Source: a bacterium (GTDB lineage: Bacteria; Patescibacteriota; Dojkabacteria; JAKAPS01; JAJZLI01). Taken from it: a DNA stretch of 64,000 nt. The stretch's first letter is position 1; the number at the start of each line of letters is the position of its first letter. Position numbers and translations under genes: made by a program. This document shows positions 38,500-48,550 of this stretch, one piece after another. The notes below the pieces were generated by a model. It saw only the letters and a program-made list of their open reading frames with translations. It did not search any database and was not told the DNA's origin. The stretch is from the NCBI GenBank assembly GCA_021846685.1, contig JAJZWL010000004.1:7899-71898 (forward strand), written 5' to 3'.

Positions 38500-40791
38500 A
38501 TGTTTAAAAATTTCAAATTAAAATATGGTCATTTAATAATAACTGTATTCGTAACGTTAAATATAATTTTTTTAGCTATTGTAGCTTCAAGTCCCTTTTT
38601 TGCAAACAAGTCAAATGTGCAATTGCATGCAGCTCCTGTATGTAATTTAAGTGGGAATCATGCATATTTTGCATCAGTTGCTGTTGTAGTAAAGTCATCT
38701 AATCCATCAGTAGCTTTACCTGCGAATATGGGTTTATCTCTTAAGACAGGTCAATGTACTAATGGTTGGGATAATGGTCTTCCTTGGGCATCAGGTTATA
38801 ATAATAATTATCAAGATCCTTTTCTATATGCTCCTCAAATAGCTTCAGGTCCAGTTTCTCCTGAACAGATTAGTGCATATCATTCTAGAACTGGAAATGC
38901 TCCTATAACTTATCAACAGATTAATTCAATAAATGTTGGTGGTAGTGGTCCAAATGGAACTACTACTCCTTATAACTGTTCATCTATTACAGCTTGTTCT
39001 CATGTGGGTGGAAATATAACTAGAATTGAAACTGGCTCCAGTCAGGTAACTTTGAAATATTATCAAATTATTGATTGTGCATTTTCTCCAGTAACATATA
39101 GTCTTGCAGGACTTCCTCAAGGATGGTCTGCTAATCCTAGTACTAATACTGTAAATGTAGTCAATGGTACATCTTTACCAACTTATACAATAACTGTTAC
39201 TCCACCAACACCTACAATTAGTGTTGCTCTGAACTGTAATGGTGCTCAATGGTCTACTTCAAATACAAATTCTAATGCAGCTATTACAGGGACTATAGTA
39301 AATACACAAAATAATCAAGTAGTAGCAAATATCAATACTCAAACAAACCCTGATTCTGGTTTTGTATCAAGTCTTTTGACCAGTAATCAAAATTATATAG
39401 CATCAATGCAAGTGACTGATAACGGGGCATCGGATACTGCTAAGTCGACTCCTTTCAATTTTTATAGTTGTGCTAATCATACTCCGGTATTGACAGTAGC
39501 TTTGTCTTGTCAAGGTGTTTCATGGAATACGTCCAATGTATCTTCTCCTACTGTTTCTGGAAATATATTAAATTCTCAAAATCAGGTAGTTGCAAGTATT
39601 AATACTCAAAATCAAGCAAATGGTTCAAGTAATTCTTTTGTAAATGGATTAGAGTATGGTCAAACAGGTGCTAGTTATACTGCACAAATGACTGTGGCAA
39701 GTGAAGGTCAATCAACAAAGGCTACATCTAATAGTGTTATATATTCAAATTGTCTAAGTTTTAAACCTACTTTATCTGTATCTTTGAGTTGTAATGGAGC
39801 TACTTGGGAAGGAACAAATCTTAACGGAGGAAGTACTTTAACTGGGAATGTAACAGATACAACAACTAATCAAAGTGTATATACTATTCCTCAGGAAAGT
39901 ATAGGTTCTTATAAATCTCAATTTAATGGTTCTGAAAATTCATTTGTATCAGGTTTGGTAAATAGTCAAAATAGTTATACAGCATTAATAACACTTACTA
40001 ATAATGGAAGCGTTGTTTCTCAAAAATCTTCAGCTGTAAGTTTTTATAACTGTGTAACTCATATGAAAACTCCAGTACTTAATACTGTTACTCTAAGTTG
40101 TATTACAAATTCTAGTAATTTAGGAATTAATTGGACTTATGATAATACAACTACAAATAGTACTGATTTATTCTATGGATCAATAGAAGATGCTTCAACT
40201 AATAATAATGTTGTTGCTACATTCTCTTCTCCTTTAACAACAGGTTATACCTGGAATGGAGCTAATACAAAGGATTCTTATATAATTGTAGGTTATATAA
40301 AAGGTGTAAATGGACAAAGTAATAATATAACTTCTTCTTCCTCTAGTGTTTCAGATTGTCTTACACCTCAAGTTCCAGTAATGTCATCGATCTCACTTGC
40401 TTGTGAAAATAATACTACAAACAATTTAACTATCGCATGGCAGGCTAATAATGTAACTAGTTCAGATAGTTTTAATGGGGTTATAACTGATACAACTACT
40501 GGTCAACAAGTATATGATATCCCTAATACTCCAGCACAATTAGGTGAATATATTTGGCAAGGTGCTAATGGTAAAGATAGTTATACAATTACAGGTTGGT
40601 TAGTTAACTCTTCTGGACAAAAATTCAATGTAACTACAAGTGTTGCAGTTTCAAGCAATTGTATTCCCCAGAAAGCAGTAGCTCCTATAGTACAAACTTT
40701 ACCTCAAACTTCAGGAGGTGCTCCTATAAATGTATTTGTAGTAGCTGGATTGATAATACTATCAATTGGTGTATCTGTAATGATATTCTAA
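38500..40791 (+). CDS. Large S/T/N-rich surface protein with five tandem ~95-aa Cys-pair modules and a C-terminal LPQTS + hydrophobic anchor
   Basis: 763 aa; N-terminal signal/TM; modules start 'L(S/N/A)C(N/Q)G..W' and end 'FY(S/N)C'/'SNC'; C-terminus 'LPQTSGGAPINVFVVAGLIILSIGVSVMIF'. Confidence 0.6.
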   Translation: MFKNFKLKYGHLIITVFVTLNIIFLAIVASSPFFANKSNVQLHAAPVCNLSGNHAYFASVAVVVKSSNPSVALPANMGLSLKTGQCTNGWDNGLPWASGYNNNYQDPFLYAPQIASGPVSPEQISAYHSRTGNAPITYQQINSINVGGSGPNGTTTPYNCSSITACSHVGGNITRIETGSSQVTLKYYQIIDCAFSPVTYSLAGLPQGWSANPSTNTVNVVNGTSLPTYTITVTPPTPTISVALNCNGAQWSTSNTNSNAAITGTIVNTQNNQVVANINTQTNPDSGFVSSLLTSNQNYIASMQVTDNGASDTAKSTPFNFYSCANHTPVLTVALSCQGVSWNTSNVSSPTVSGNILNSQNQVVASINTQNQANGSSNSFVNGLEYGQTGASYTAQMTVASEGQSTKATSNSVIYSNCLSFKPTLSVSLSCNGATWEGTNLNGGSTLTGNVTDTTTNQSVYTIPQESIGSYKSQFNGSENSFVSGLVNSQNSYTALITLTNNGSVVSQKSSAVSFYNCVTHMKTPVLNTVTLSCITNSSNLGINWTYDNTTTNSTDLFYGSIEDASTNNNVVATFSSPLTTGYTWNGANTKDSYIIVGYIKGVNGQSNNITSSSSSVSDCLTPQVPVMSSISLACENNTTNNLTIAWQANNVTSSDSFNGVITDTTTGQQVYDIPNTPAQLGEYIWQGANGKDSYTITGWLVNSSGQKFNVTTSVAVSSNCIPQKAVAPIVQTLPQTSGGAPINVFVVAGLIILSIGVSVMIF

Positions 40792-40814
40792 TAAGCATTA
40801 TTATTAAATAATTA

Positions 40815-40845
40815 AAAGGGAAGGTTATTATGCCTTCCCTTTTCT
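40815..40845 (+). terminator. Rho-independent terminator after the surface-protein gene
   Basis: AAGGGAAGG-ttattatg-CCTTCCCTT stem-loop followed by a TTTTCT run. Confidence 0.6.
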
Positions 40846-40884
40846 GTACTTGATCAAATATATAAAAAGATATATTATATTTAT

Positions 40885-41412
40885 ATGAAGTCAAAGGTTT
40901 TATTCATAATTTTATTCTCTTTAATAATAATTGGTGTATTGTATGTTACTACAATATATGCCCAAGAATTACAGACTGTAGGTAATAAAAATGCTAATAC
41001 ATATGTTAAAAATATTGTTCCTCAAGACAATAGTGTAATCATTCCATATTCAAAATTTAATGGTACATTTGGGCCTAGTCAATCTTTTAGTTTTGATTAT
41101 CCATCTGGATGGAAGTCTATTAACGTAAATGAAATGACTAATTCTGAAATTGCTTCATTTGGACTAAATAATTCTAGTATAACTGTTAATGTATATTTAT
41201 CTTGTAATAATAATACGAAAATTAAAGGCAAAAATATTACTATGAATGGATATCAAGGAATAGAAACTATTACTAATAAATCTATTGGTTTATATGGAAA
41301 AAATTTTAATGTAGTTTTGAATTCTAGTAATTCAGATAGAGTTCAAATCTTTGATCATATAGTAAAATCTCTTAATCTTTATAATAAATTTTCTGTTTCT
41401 TCTTGTGGCTGA
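40885..41412 (+). CDS. Hypothetical secreted/anchored small protein
   Basis: 175 aa; N-terminal signal/TM 'VLFIILFSLIIIGVLYV'; N/S-rich, two Cys. Confidence 0.4.
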   Translation: MKSKVLFIILFSLIIIGVLYVTTIYAQELQTVGNKNANTYVKNIVPQDNSVIIPYSKFNGTFGPSQSFSFDYPSGWKSINVNEMTNSEIASFGLNNSSITVNVYLSCNNNTKIKGKNITMNGYQGIETITNKSIGLYGKNFNVVLNSSNSDRVQIFDHIVKSLNLYNKFSVSSCG

Positions 41413-41452
41413 TTTTTTATAATTAAAAAAATTTGATATAATATATATTATC

Positions 41453-41525
41453 GCAGAAGTAACTCAGTTGGCAGAGTACTAGTTTTCCAAACTAGGTGTC
41501 GCGGGTTCGATCCCCGTCTTCTGCT
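41453..41525 (+). tRNA. tRNA-Gly (anticodon UCC)
   Basis: Cloverleaf: acceptor GCAGAAG/CTTCTGC, D-arm ACTC-AGTTGGCA-GAGT, anticodon stem CTAGT/ACTAG with loop TTTCCAA (UCC), T-arm GCGGG-TTCGATC-CCCGT, discriminator U. Confidence 0.8.
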
Positions 41526-41541
41526 AATCTTATAATTAAAT

Positions 41542-43002
41542 ATGTATTTTAATAAAGTTCAATATAGAAAATATGCACAATTATTTTTGCAGTCTATCAA
41601 GGCTCAAAAAGTAGATTTTTGTGAGATACGATTTCAGGAAAATTTAATAGAAGATATTTCTTTTAAAAATTTAAATATAGAGAATATATATAATATAGAT
41701 AGGAGAGGAGTCTCAATAAGGGTTTTGTATAATGGAAATTGGGGATTTTCAGCATCTAGTGATATAAGTCAAAAAACTATAGAAGATATTTTTAATGAAG
41801 CTTTTGGTATGGTCGAGCACCTTAGTGAAGGTACTGTTAAAATTACATCTGAAGAAGTTTATCAGGATGAAGATATACAGGAGGTTTTAATTAATCCTTT
41901 TGAAGTCCCTATTTCAGAAAAAATAGAATATATCTCTTCTATTCAAAATGATATTCTTAAAGAGAAAAATATAGATTTTGCAGATGCTTCATTAATACAG
42001 GTATATGAAAAAAAACTTTATCTTAACTCTTCAGGTTCAGATATATATCAAGAAAGATGTAGGTTATTTCCATCTTTTATGATGTATAGAGTAAATCCTG
42101 AATTAACCACATTAAAATTTTATACTAGACCAGTTAGTGAAGGTTATGAATATTTTAAGAATTTTCCATTTAAAGAAGAAATATTAAGAGCCAATGAAAA
42201 TATATATCAAAAATCTAAGGCTAAGGAAGTAATATCAGGAAAATATAATTTATTAATAGATCCTTCAAACTTATGGTTAACTATTCATGAATCTATAGGA
42301 CATTCAACTGAAATGGATAGAGTGCTTCTGTATGAAGCTAATTATGCAGGTTCTTCATTTGCTTCTGTAGATGGGATAGGGGAGTTAGTATATGGGTCTG
42401 AAAAGGTTAATATTGTAGGAGACAGAACTCAAAAAAATGGACTTGCTAGTGTTAAATATGATGATGAAGGAGTAAAAACTTCTAAATTTGATATCATAAA
42501 AAATGGACTATTAGAAGATTTACAAACAAACAGAGAAATAGCAGCTTTCTCTGGAAGAGAAAATTCTAATGGATGTTCTTTTGCAAATTCATATTCCTCA
42601 TTTCCTTTGCAAAGAATGCCTAATGTATCTCTATTACCTAATCAAACTAAAGATCTTGGTTTTAAAGATATGTTGAATATTATGGGAGATGGGATATATA
42701 TAAAAGGTGATGGAAGTTGGAGTATTGATATGCAGAGATATAATTTTCAATTTACAGGAGATCTTTTTTATGAAGTTAAAGCTGGTAAAATAGTAGGTAT
42801 GGTTAAAGATCTTTCTTATCAGTCTAATACACAAGATTTTTGGAAAAGTTGTGTAGAAGTAGGAGGACAGAGCACTTATTCGTTAGAAGGTGCATTTAAC
42901 TGCGGAAAAGGGCAACCTTCTCAAGTGGCACCAGTATCTCATGGAGCTCCAGTATCTCTATTTAAAGATATTAAGGTTTTAAATACAAAAAATGAAAATT
43001 AA
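41542..43002 (+). CDS. tldD: TldD-family metalloprotease (peptidase U62)
   Basis: 486 aa; 'IHESIGHSTEMDRVL' HExxxH-type motif. Confidence 0.75.
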   Translation: MYFNKVQYRKYAQLFLQSIKAQKVDFCEIRFQENLIEDISFKNLNIENIYNIDRRGVSIRVLYNGNWGFSASSDISQKTIEDIFNEAFGMVEHLSEGTVKITSEEVYQDEDIQEVLINPFEVPISEKIEYISSIQNDILKEKNIDFADASLIQVYEKKLYLNSSGSDIYQERCRLFPSFMMYRVNPELTTLKFYTRPVSEGYEYFKNFPFKEEILRANENIYQKSKAKEVISGKYNLLIDPSNLWLTIHESIGHSTEMDRVLLYEANYAGSSFASVDGIGELVYGSEKVNIVGDRTQKNGLASVKYDDEGVKTSKFDIIKNGLLEDLQTNREIAAFSGRENSNGCSFANSYSSFPLQRMPNVSLLPNQTKDLGFKDMLNIMGDGIYIKGDGSWSIDMQRYNFQFTGDLFYEVKAGKIVGMVKDLSYQSNTQDFWKSCVEVGGQSTYSLEGAFNCGKGQPSQVAPVSHGAPVSLFKDIKVLNTKNEN

Positions 43003-44332
43003 TAAACTAAAACAAATAATAAATGATAATATAGATTCTAAAGAATATTATGTAGTAATGCATGAAACTAGTGAGTATAATATTAGATTTTCTAACAATA
43101 GAGTAATCTCAAATAGAATATTAAAAGCTTCTAGTATAGAAATTATAACTATTATTGATAAAAAAACAGGTATAGCAACTACAGATGATTTGTCTGAACA
43201 ATCAATCATTAATTGTATTAAGAAATCACATAATATTGCTCTTCAATCTGAAGTTAATTCAGAATATATGCCTTTAATAGAAAATGAGCAGTATGATGAT
43301 AGTGATAATACGAAAATAGATTTTAAAAAAGATGTTTCAGATATAGAAACCTTCCTTTATTCCGTATTTAATAAAGATCCAGAATTAAGAATATTTGGAT
43401 TTATAACAGGAGAAATTTCAAATATATCTGTATTTAATTCTAGTAAATTATTTAAAAGAACTACTTTGCCTAGATTCTCTTACTCTATGAATATTAAAAA
43501 TGAGAAACTCACTCGATCTGTTTGGAGAGGAGCTGTTTCTTCTGTAAATAATATTCAAATTTTAAAAGATTTATATGAGGAACTTTTAAAAGATTATTCA
43601 TATACTTCAATAAGGAAAAAAGTAGATGCAGGAAGATATAATGTTGTACTTTCTCCATCTGCGTTGGGAGATCTACTTTTATATATGTTATTTTTTCTTT
43701 CTGCAGTAGATGCTGATGATAAAAAATCACCATTTACAGGATTACTTGGAACTAAGGTTTTTCCTGATAATATTAATCTTTATACAGACCCTAATACTGA
43801 ATATATAAAATCATTACCTTTTCTAGTCGCTAATTTCTCAGATGTAAACCCTATATTTGATATAGGTGCATCTCTAAGTAAAAAAAGTATTATAGAGAAA
43901 GGTATCTTAAAAGGATTAATATCTACTAGATACTATGATAATAAAATGAATTATAAAAATAATATTTTCCCTGTATCAAACTTAATATTGGAAGGTTCTG
44001 ATATTGAGTATAATGATTTTATTAAAAATATAGATAATGCCATATATATTAATAATTTATGGTATATAAGAGGAGTAGATCCTATTACAGGTCTTTTGAC
44101 AGGGGTTACTAGAGATGGGGTATATAAGATAGAGCATGGTAAAATTGTGTATAGTATGAATAATTTTAGGTTTAATCAGTCTCCTTTAAAAGTTTTGGCA
44201 AATATAGAAGCAATGTCAATGTCGTATCTTTCTTGTCCTCGAGAATTTGGAGACAGTATAGTATCTAACGTTATTTGTCCATATACCCTTGTCAAAGATT
44301 TCAATTTGTCCTCTGTATCAAAAGCTATTTGA
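42992..44332 (+). CDS. PmbA/TldE-family protein (TldD partner)
   Basis: 446 aa; same fold family and length; adjacent, with an 11-nt overlap with tldD. Confidence 0.6.
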   Translation: MKINKLKQIINDNIDSKEYYVVMHETSEYNIRFSNNRVISNRILKASSIEIITIIDKKTGIATTDDLSEQSIINCIKKSHNIALQSEVNSEYMPLIENEQYDDSDNTKIDFKKDVSDIETFLYSVFNKDPELRIFGFITGEISNISVFNSSKLFKRTTLPRFSYSMNIKNEKLTRSVWRGAVSSVNNIQILKDLYEELLKDYSYTSIRKKVDAGRYNVVLSPSALGDLLLYMLFFLSAVDADDKKSPFTGLLGTKVFPDNINLYTDPNTEYIKSLPFLVANFSDVNPIFDIGASLSKKSIIEKGILKGLISTRYYDNKMNYKNNIFPVSNLILEGSDIEYNDFIKNIDNAIYINNLWYIRGVDPITGLLTGVTRDGVYKIEHGKIVYSMNNFRFNQSPLKVLANIEAMSMSYLSCPREFGDSIVSNVICPYTLVKDFNLSSVSKAI

Positions 44333-44367
44333 TTTTTGTTGTAAAACTATATAATATATATACATAT

Positions 44368-45132
44368 ATGAACTTTTTGAATAATTCTGATAAACTTTCG
44401 TCTTATACTTCAAACCTAAAGAAAGATAACGCAACAAATTCTAAAGGTTTTAATAGAAACTTTGTTTATTTTTTTATATCCTTATTTACTATTGTTATAG
44501 TATTTTCTTTCTTTATATTTAAAAAACCTCTCACTATAATTTCAGATGCAGCTAGTAATACATTCTCTCAAAAGTTAGTTATGGCTGAAAATGTAACAAC
44601 TATTAAAAATAATAGTCAAGCTAATCTTGATAGAATTGCAGGTGTGAAATTAATGAATCCTAAAATTGATCATGCTAGGATTTTGGCAGCTGTTATACCT
44701 TCAAAAAATGCTGAAATCACTGGGAATATTAGCTCTACTTCAAATGCTAATGTATTAGTTTTGACTAATTTTCTGGTCTCTCATGGATCTCCTATGGCAC
44801 CATATGCTGCTGATTTCATTAAATATGGAGATCTATATGGTGTAAATTGGAGAACTTTAGTGGGGATATCTGGTGTAGAGTCAGGATTTGGTAGAGTAAT
44901 TCCTGAAAGTAATTCTGGTGCATTATCATATAATGCTTGGGGATGGACTGGAGGGGGAAGTGAATTTAGTGGATTTTCAGGGTTTTCTTCATGGCCTAAT
45001 GCAATACAATCAATTGCTCGCGGAATATCATCTGCTTATGGAAATGAATCTCCTTATATTATGCAACCAGCATATGATCCCCCTAATCCATCATGGGCCC
45101 CAAATGTTCAAAGTTATATTAATCAACTATAA
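44368..45132 (+). CDS. Secreted protein with glucosaminidase/FlgJ-like peptidoglycan hydrolase motif (putative)
   Basis: Start moved to 'MNFLNN' (the track ORF starts at 44275, overlapping pmbA); TM anchor; 'GVESGFGRVIPESNSGALSYNAWGW' resembles the E-S-G-W-G...N-x-F-G glucosaminidase motif. Confidence 0.4.
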   Translation: MNFLNNSDKLSSYTSNLKKDNATNSKGFNRNFVYFFISLFTIVIVFSFFIFKKPLTIISDAASNTFSQKLVMAENVTTIKNNSQANLDRIAGVKLMNPKIDHARILAAVIPSKNAEITGNISSTSNANVLVLTNFLVSHGSPMAPYAADFIKYGDLYGVNWRTLVGISGVESGFGRVIPESNSGALSYNAWGWTGGGSEFSGFSGFSSWPNAIQSIARGISSAYGNESPYIMQPAYDPPNPSWAPNVQSYINQL

Positions 45133-45167
45133 ATTTTTATTAACGTAATATATATAATTTCCCCCAA

Positions 45168-45205
45168 ATAGCATTGTCAGTATTGACAATGCTATAGGTT
45201 TTTTG
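45168..45205 (+). terminator. Rho-independent terminator
   Basis: Perfect 12-bp stem ATAGCATTGTCA-gtat-TGACAATGCTAT followed by AGGTTTTTTG. Confidence 0.65.
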
Positions 45206-45254
45206 CTATTATATCTTTTTTAGCAAGTTTAGGTCAAATTGGATTTATGTTATT

Positions 45255-45701
45255 ATGACAGAAACTGATATAGGTGAAAAAGAATCTTTTACTGATATTT
45301 CGTCAGAGTTATTTGATTTTTCAAAGAAAGTAATAAGTAAACATTCTGCAACTGTAGTAAGTGAATTTGGCATTGAATCTTTAGATTTACATTATAATAC
45401 TGATCCTGAAAATTCAGAAGGGATACTCCTCTCATTAATAAATGATAATAATCTATCTATTTCCCTATATAGTAGGGAAGACTTGGATGGTGCTATTAGA
45501 GACAGAAATCATCAATATAATTTAACTAGAGATACTAAAAGTTTAAAAATAAAAATAGAAAGTGAAGTATTAGGATATAATATTAGTACTTGTGGTAATT
45601 GTGAAAGAGTTAGGGAATTTATTGAGCTTAATACAGATGACGTTTTTAAAATACTTCAATTAATAAAGATATATTCTTGTTTTTCCGATTTAAATGCTTA
45701 A
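45255..45701 (+). CDS. Hypothetical acidic protein
   Basis: 148 aa; no recognisable motif; 8-nt overlap with the next ORF. Confidence 0.35.
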   Translation: MTETDIGEKESFTDISSELFDFSKKVISKHSATVVSEFGIESLDLHYNTDPENSEGILLSLINDNNLSISLYSREDLDGAIRDRNHQYNLTRDTKSLKIKIESEVLGYNISTCGNCERVREFIELNTDDVFKILQLIKIYSCFSDLNA

Positions 45702-46128
45702 AATTATGGAAGAATATCAAGGACTTAAAAATGGAAATTTTCCTGATATTCTAAAAAAATTATCTTTATTAAGATTAATAGTAATGAATCATGAACCAAG
45801 AGATTTAGATTCATATTTTAAAAAACCCGGTTTGGATAGTTATTTAAAGCTTGATTATAATGGACTTGATGAAGATGATACAGTTAGTATTTCTTTATTA
45901 TTTTCTAAAGAGGGTAATATTGTTATAAGTGAAAAAAAGAAACCAAATAATCCTCATTTCTCTGAAATATCTAATAATTATTATATTAGTAGTAATAATG
46001 ATATAACCACTATATATCATGAAGTTTCTGAAGATGGTATTGATTATAACCCAACTTATGTAGAATTCAGAGAATTATTAATTCTTTTGGAAAAAATAGA
46101 ATCTCATCAAGATATTATTAATTTATAG
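45694..46128 (+). CDS. Hypothetical acidic protein
   Basis: 144 aa; no recognisable motif. Confidence 0.35.
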   Translation: MLKIMEEYQGLKNGNFPDILKKLSLLRLIVMNHEPRDLDSYFKKPGLDSYLKLDYNGLDEDDTVSISLLFSKEGNIVISEKKKPNNPHFSEISNNYYISSNNDITTIYHEVSEDGIDYNPTYVEFRELLILLEKIESHQDIINL

Positions 46129-46203
46129 ATTTGAATTCATAATATTATATTAAGTGAGTATTGTTGATAAGGTGTAAATTAGTTATAATAAGTAAGTTTT
46201 AAT

Positions 46204-46287
46204 GCCTGGGTGGTGAAATGGTAGACACGCTAGCCTTAGGAGCTAGTGCTAATTCTTAGCATGAAGGTTCAAGTCCTTTCCCAGGCA
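46204..46287 (+). tRNA. tRNA-Leu (anticodon UAG), class II with long variable arm
   Basis: Acceptor GCCTGGG/CCCAGGC, D-arm GTG-AAATGGTAGA-CAC, anticodon stem CTAGC/GCTAG with loop CTTAGGA (UAG), variable-arm stem GCTAA/TTAGC, T-arm GAAGG-TTCAAGT-CCTTT, discriminator A. Confidence 0.85.
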
Positions 46288-46288
46288 A

Positions 46289-47122
46289 TTATGCAAATTG
46301 TTCCCAATTTATGGAATCAGGATCATTTATCCAAGAATAATTCTTGGGATTATTAATGAAATTTAAATAGCTAGATCCTTTTTTATTATCCATTATATTA
46401 TTATATGACCACTTCTTTTGTTTTTTTATTTTAGGAACATTCTTATAATTGGGATTTTGCACAAATACCTGCTTGGCATTCTTTTTAATTATGTAATATG
46501 AAGCTCCTTTATAGTCATAAATTCCTTTATATATAGTTTTTGCTTTTGCTGATATTAAAGTAGAAAATACTAATGCTGTAGATTTTTGATTTATTATTGT
46601 ATGACCATAATAAGGAGGTACTATAAAAAGATCTCCAGGTTTAAGTTTAAATAAAGATACTTCTGTAATGTTTCCGAAGTCTAATACATCTGCAATTGTT
46701 TTAACCCCCGGCTTATCTGATACTAATCTTTCAGGTTTTTGCAATAAAATTATAGCGTTTCCATGTAGTATCTCTATTACTTCAGGAGCTGCATGATTAG
46801 TTCCTTCTAATATCTCATGATAATGACCATAAGTTTTCATAAACTCTATTCCTGCTAAATTCCCAGACATTATAGTTATATCATGTCTAATATTTTCATT
46901 TTTAAAAATAGATGCATGTTCATTTTTACATAAGTGAAAATATTCTGTGTAAAAAAGTTTTGGATAAACAAGCTGGTCATTTAGAATAACACTTCTCATC
47001 TGATTTAATTCTCTATCTATAATTTTTGATATAGATATATCTTCATTTATCGAGAGTAGTTTATTCTCATTTTCACTACATTGTATTTTTACTCCATTAA
47101 TTGTTTTTAAGTGTATTATCAT
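46289..47122 (-). CDS. Cupin-fold protein, possibly cupin-type sugar-phosphate isomerase
   Basis: 277 aa; 'TYGHYHEILEGTNHAAPEVIEILHGN' His/Glu metal-ligand pattern typical of cupins (resembles cupin-type PGI T-x-GHxH...E). Confidence 0.4.
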   Translation of the reverse strand: MIIHLKTINGVKIQCSENENKLLSINEDISISKIIDRELNQMRSVILNDQLVYPKLFYTEYFHLCKNEHASIFKNENIRHDITIMSGNLAGIEFMKTYGHYHEILEGTNHAAPEVIEILHGNAIILLQKPERLVSDKPGVKTIADVLDFGNITEVSLFKLKPGDLFIVPPYYGHTIINQKSTALVFSTLISAKAKTIYKGIYDYKGASYYIIKKNAKQVFVQNPNYKNVPKIKKQKKWSYNNIMDNKKGSSYLNFINNPKNYSWINDPDSINWEQFA

Positions 47123-48164
47123 GATGATTATTTTCTAAAAGATCATACTGAAGTATGTCATATATAACTAATTGTATTACAGTAACTATTGGTATAGCTA
47201 TTAAAGCCCCTAATAATCCATATAATGTTGCTCCTATAAATATTGCTATAATAAGTATTAAAGGATTGATCCCTATAACTTTTTTCATAATTTGAGGGGC
47301 TATAATGTTTGCTTCTAGTTGTTGAATTAATGCTGTTAAAATTACTGCTAAAATAAATAAATTAGGAGATACAAATAACACTATTACACAAGCTACAATC
47401 CCTGATATTATTGGGCCTACAAAAGGAATTATTTCTGCAAATGCTGCGAATATAGCTATTGGAAATGCATAAGGTATTCCTAATATTGTCAAGAAAAGCC
47501 AAAATAAAAATCCAATTGCTAAACTAATAATAACTTGTCCTATCAACCATGCTCCCAATTGATTTTCAACTTCATAAATAATTCTCAATATTTTTTTTCT
47601 ATACTCTTTAGGGATAATTTGTAATGTAGTATTATAAAAATGATCTTTATAAATAAGCATATATGCTGCCATAACAAAAACTAAAATCAGGTACCCTATT
47701 GTGATAAATATAGATATTGTAGTTGAGGTGATATTGTTTACACTAGATATAAAGATATTATTAATATTTTGGGAAAAATAATTTGAAATATGTAATCTTA
47801 AAGTATTCGCATTTAGATGAAATTGAGATTTTAAGAAAGGAAATAAACTTATTATTCTTACTGGTAGATTTTCTATTGATATAGCAATTTTATTAAGTTG
47901 AGAAGTTATTGGTGTTATTGTAATAAAAAATATTAATATTAATATTAGTATTAGGATTAGTATTGCTATAAATACTGAGAACCCCTTTGGAATTGCCTTC
48001 TTTTCTAACCACACTACTATTGGATTTATAGCAGACATTAATATGAAAGATATAAATATTAGTACGAAAATAGTTGCAATCTTTAAAAGTAAGAATAAGA
48101 GAATAAATATACCAATAACTGTAAGTATTGTTTTTATTGAAATTTCTATTGTTTGATTTTTCAT
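47097..48164 (-). CDS. AI-2E family transporter (PerM/UPF0118)
   Basis: 355 aa; 7-8 TM; C-terminal 'GLLGALIAIPIVTV' resembles the AI-2E G-x-x-G-x-x-x-x-P motif. Confidence 0.55.
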   Translation of the reverse strand: MKNQTIEISIKTILTVIGIFILLFLLLKIATIFVLIFISFILMSAINPIVVWLEKKAIPKGFSVFIAILILILILILIFFITITPITSQLNKIAISIENLPVRIISLFPFLKSQFHLNANTLRLHISNYFSQNINNIFISSVNNITSTTISIFITIGYLILVFVMAAYMLIYKDHFYNTTLQIIPKEYRKKILRIIYEVENQLGAWLIGQVIISLAIGFLFWLFLTILGIPYAFPIAIFAAFAEIIPFVGPIISGIVACVIVLFVSPNLFILAVILTALIQQLEANIIAPQIMKKVIGINPLILIIAIFIGATLYGLLGALIAIPIVTVIQLVIYDILQYDLLENNHHDNTLKNN

Positions 48165-48346
48165 TTCTATTTAATCTTTTTATGAAGAACTTTAGCTTAT
48201 TGTATACTAATTTACCTCGAAACTCAATTCATATCTTTTGCTTTAATATCAAAGTATATGGGTAATTAGTCCTATACTTAAAAACTATTTACATATTTTA
48301 TTGATTGCAATAATATATTTTATTTGTTATATTCTTTTATTATATT

Positions 48347-48420
48347 GGCCCTGTCGTCTAGTGGCCTAGGACATCAGGTTTTCATCCTGGAAATCGCGGG
48401 TTCGAATCCCGCCAGGGTCA
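48347..48420 (+). tRNA. tRNA-Glu (anticodon UUC)
   Basis: Acceptor GGCCCTG/CAGGGTC (one G-U), D-arm GTC-TAGTGGCCTAG-GAC, anticodon stem TCAGG/CCTGG with loop TTTTCAT (UUC), T-arm GCGGG-TTCGAAT-CCCGC; near-identical in architecture to canonical bacterial tRNA-Glu. Confidence 0.85.
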
Positions 48421-48499
48421 ATTAACGCGACACCCCCACTTGAAACATCCCGAATGTATTGATAGAACCTGCCTACAAGTGCGGTTCATTATCGAAAGT
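48421..48499 (+). repeat. Island repeat copy A: the tRNA-Glu downstream flank supplies the 3' module of the repeat unit
   Basis: 'attaacgcgacaccccc-acttgaaacatcccgaatgtattgatagaacctgcctacaagtgcggttcattatcgaaag'; about 85% identical to the 3' part of copy D (58985-59058). Confidence 0.7.
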
Positions 48500-48550
48500 T
48501 TTACTATTTTAAATCAGTTATTTTATAATTAATAATTAAGTTTATTTATA

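Noticed and set aside
41453-41525. tRNA at 41453 read as tRNA-Trp (CCA in the anticodon loop)
   Set aside because: With the canonical 5-bp anticodon stem CTAGT/ACTAG the 7-nt loop is TTTCCAA, placing UCC at positions 34-36. The short variable loop and U73 discriminator also fit bacterial tRNA-Gly.
44275-44367. N-terminal extension of the 44275 ORF overlapping the pmbA 3' end
   Set aside because: The extension is out of frame with pmbA and hydrophobic low-complexity. A plausible start MNFLNN at 44368 follows the pmbA stop.
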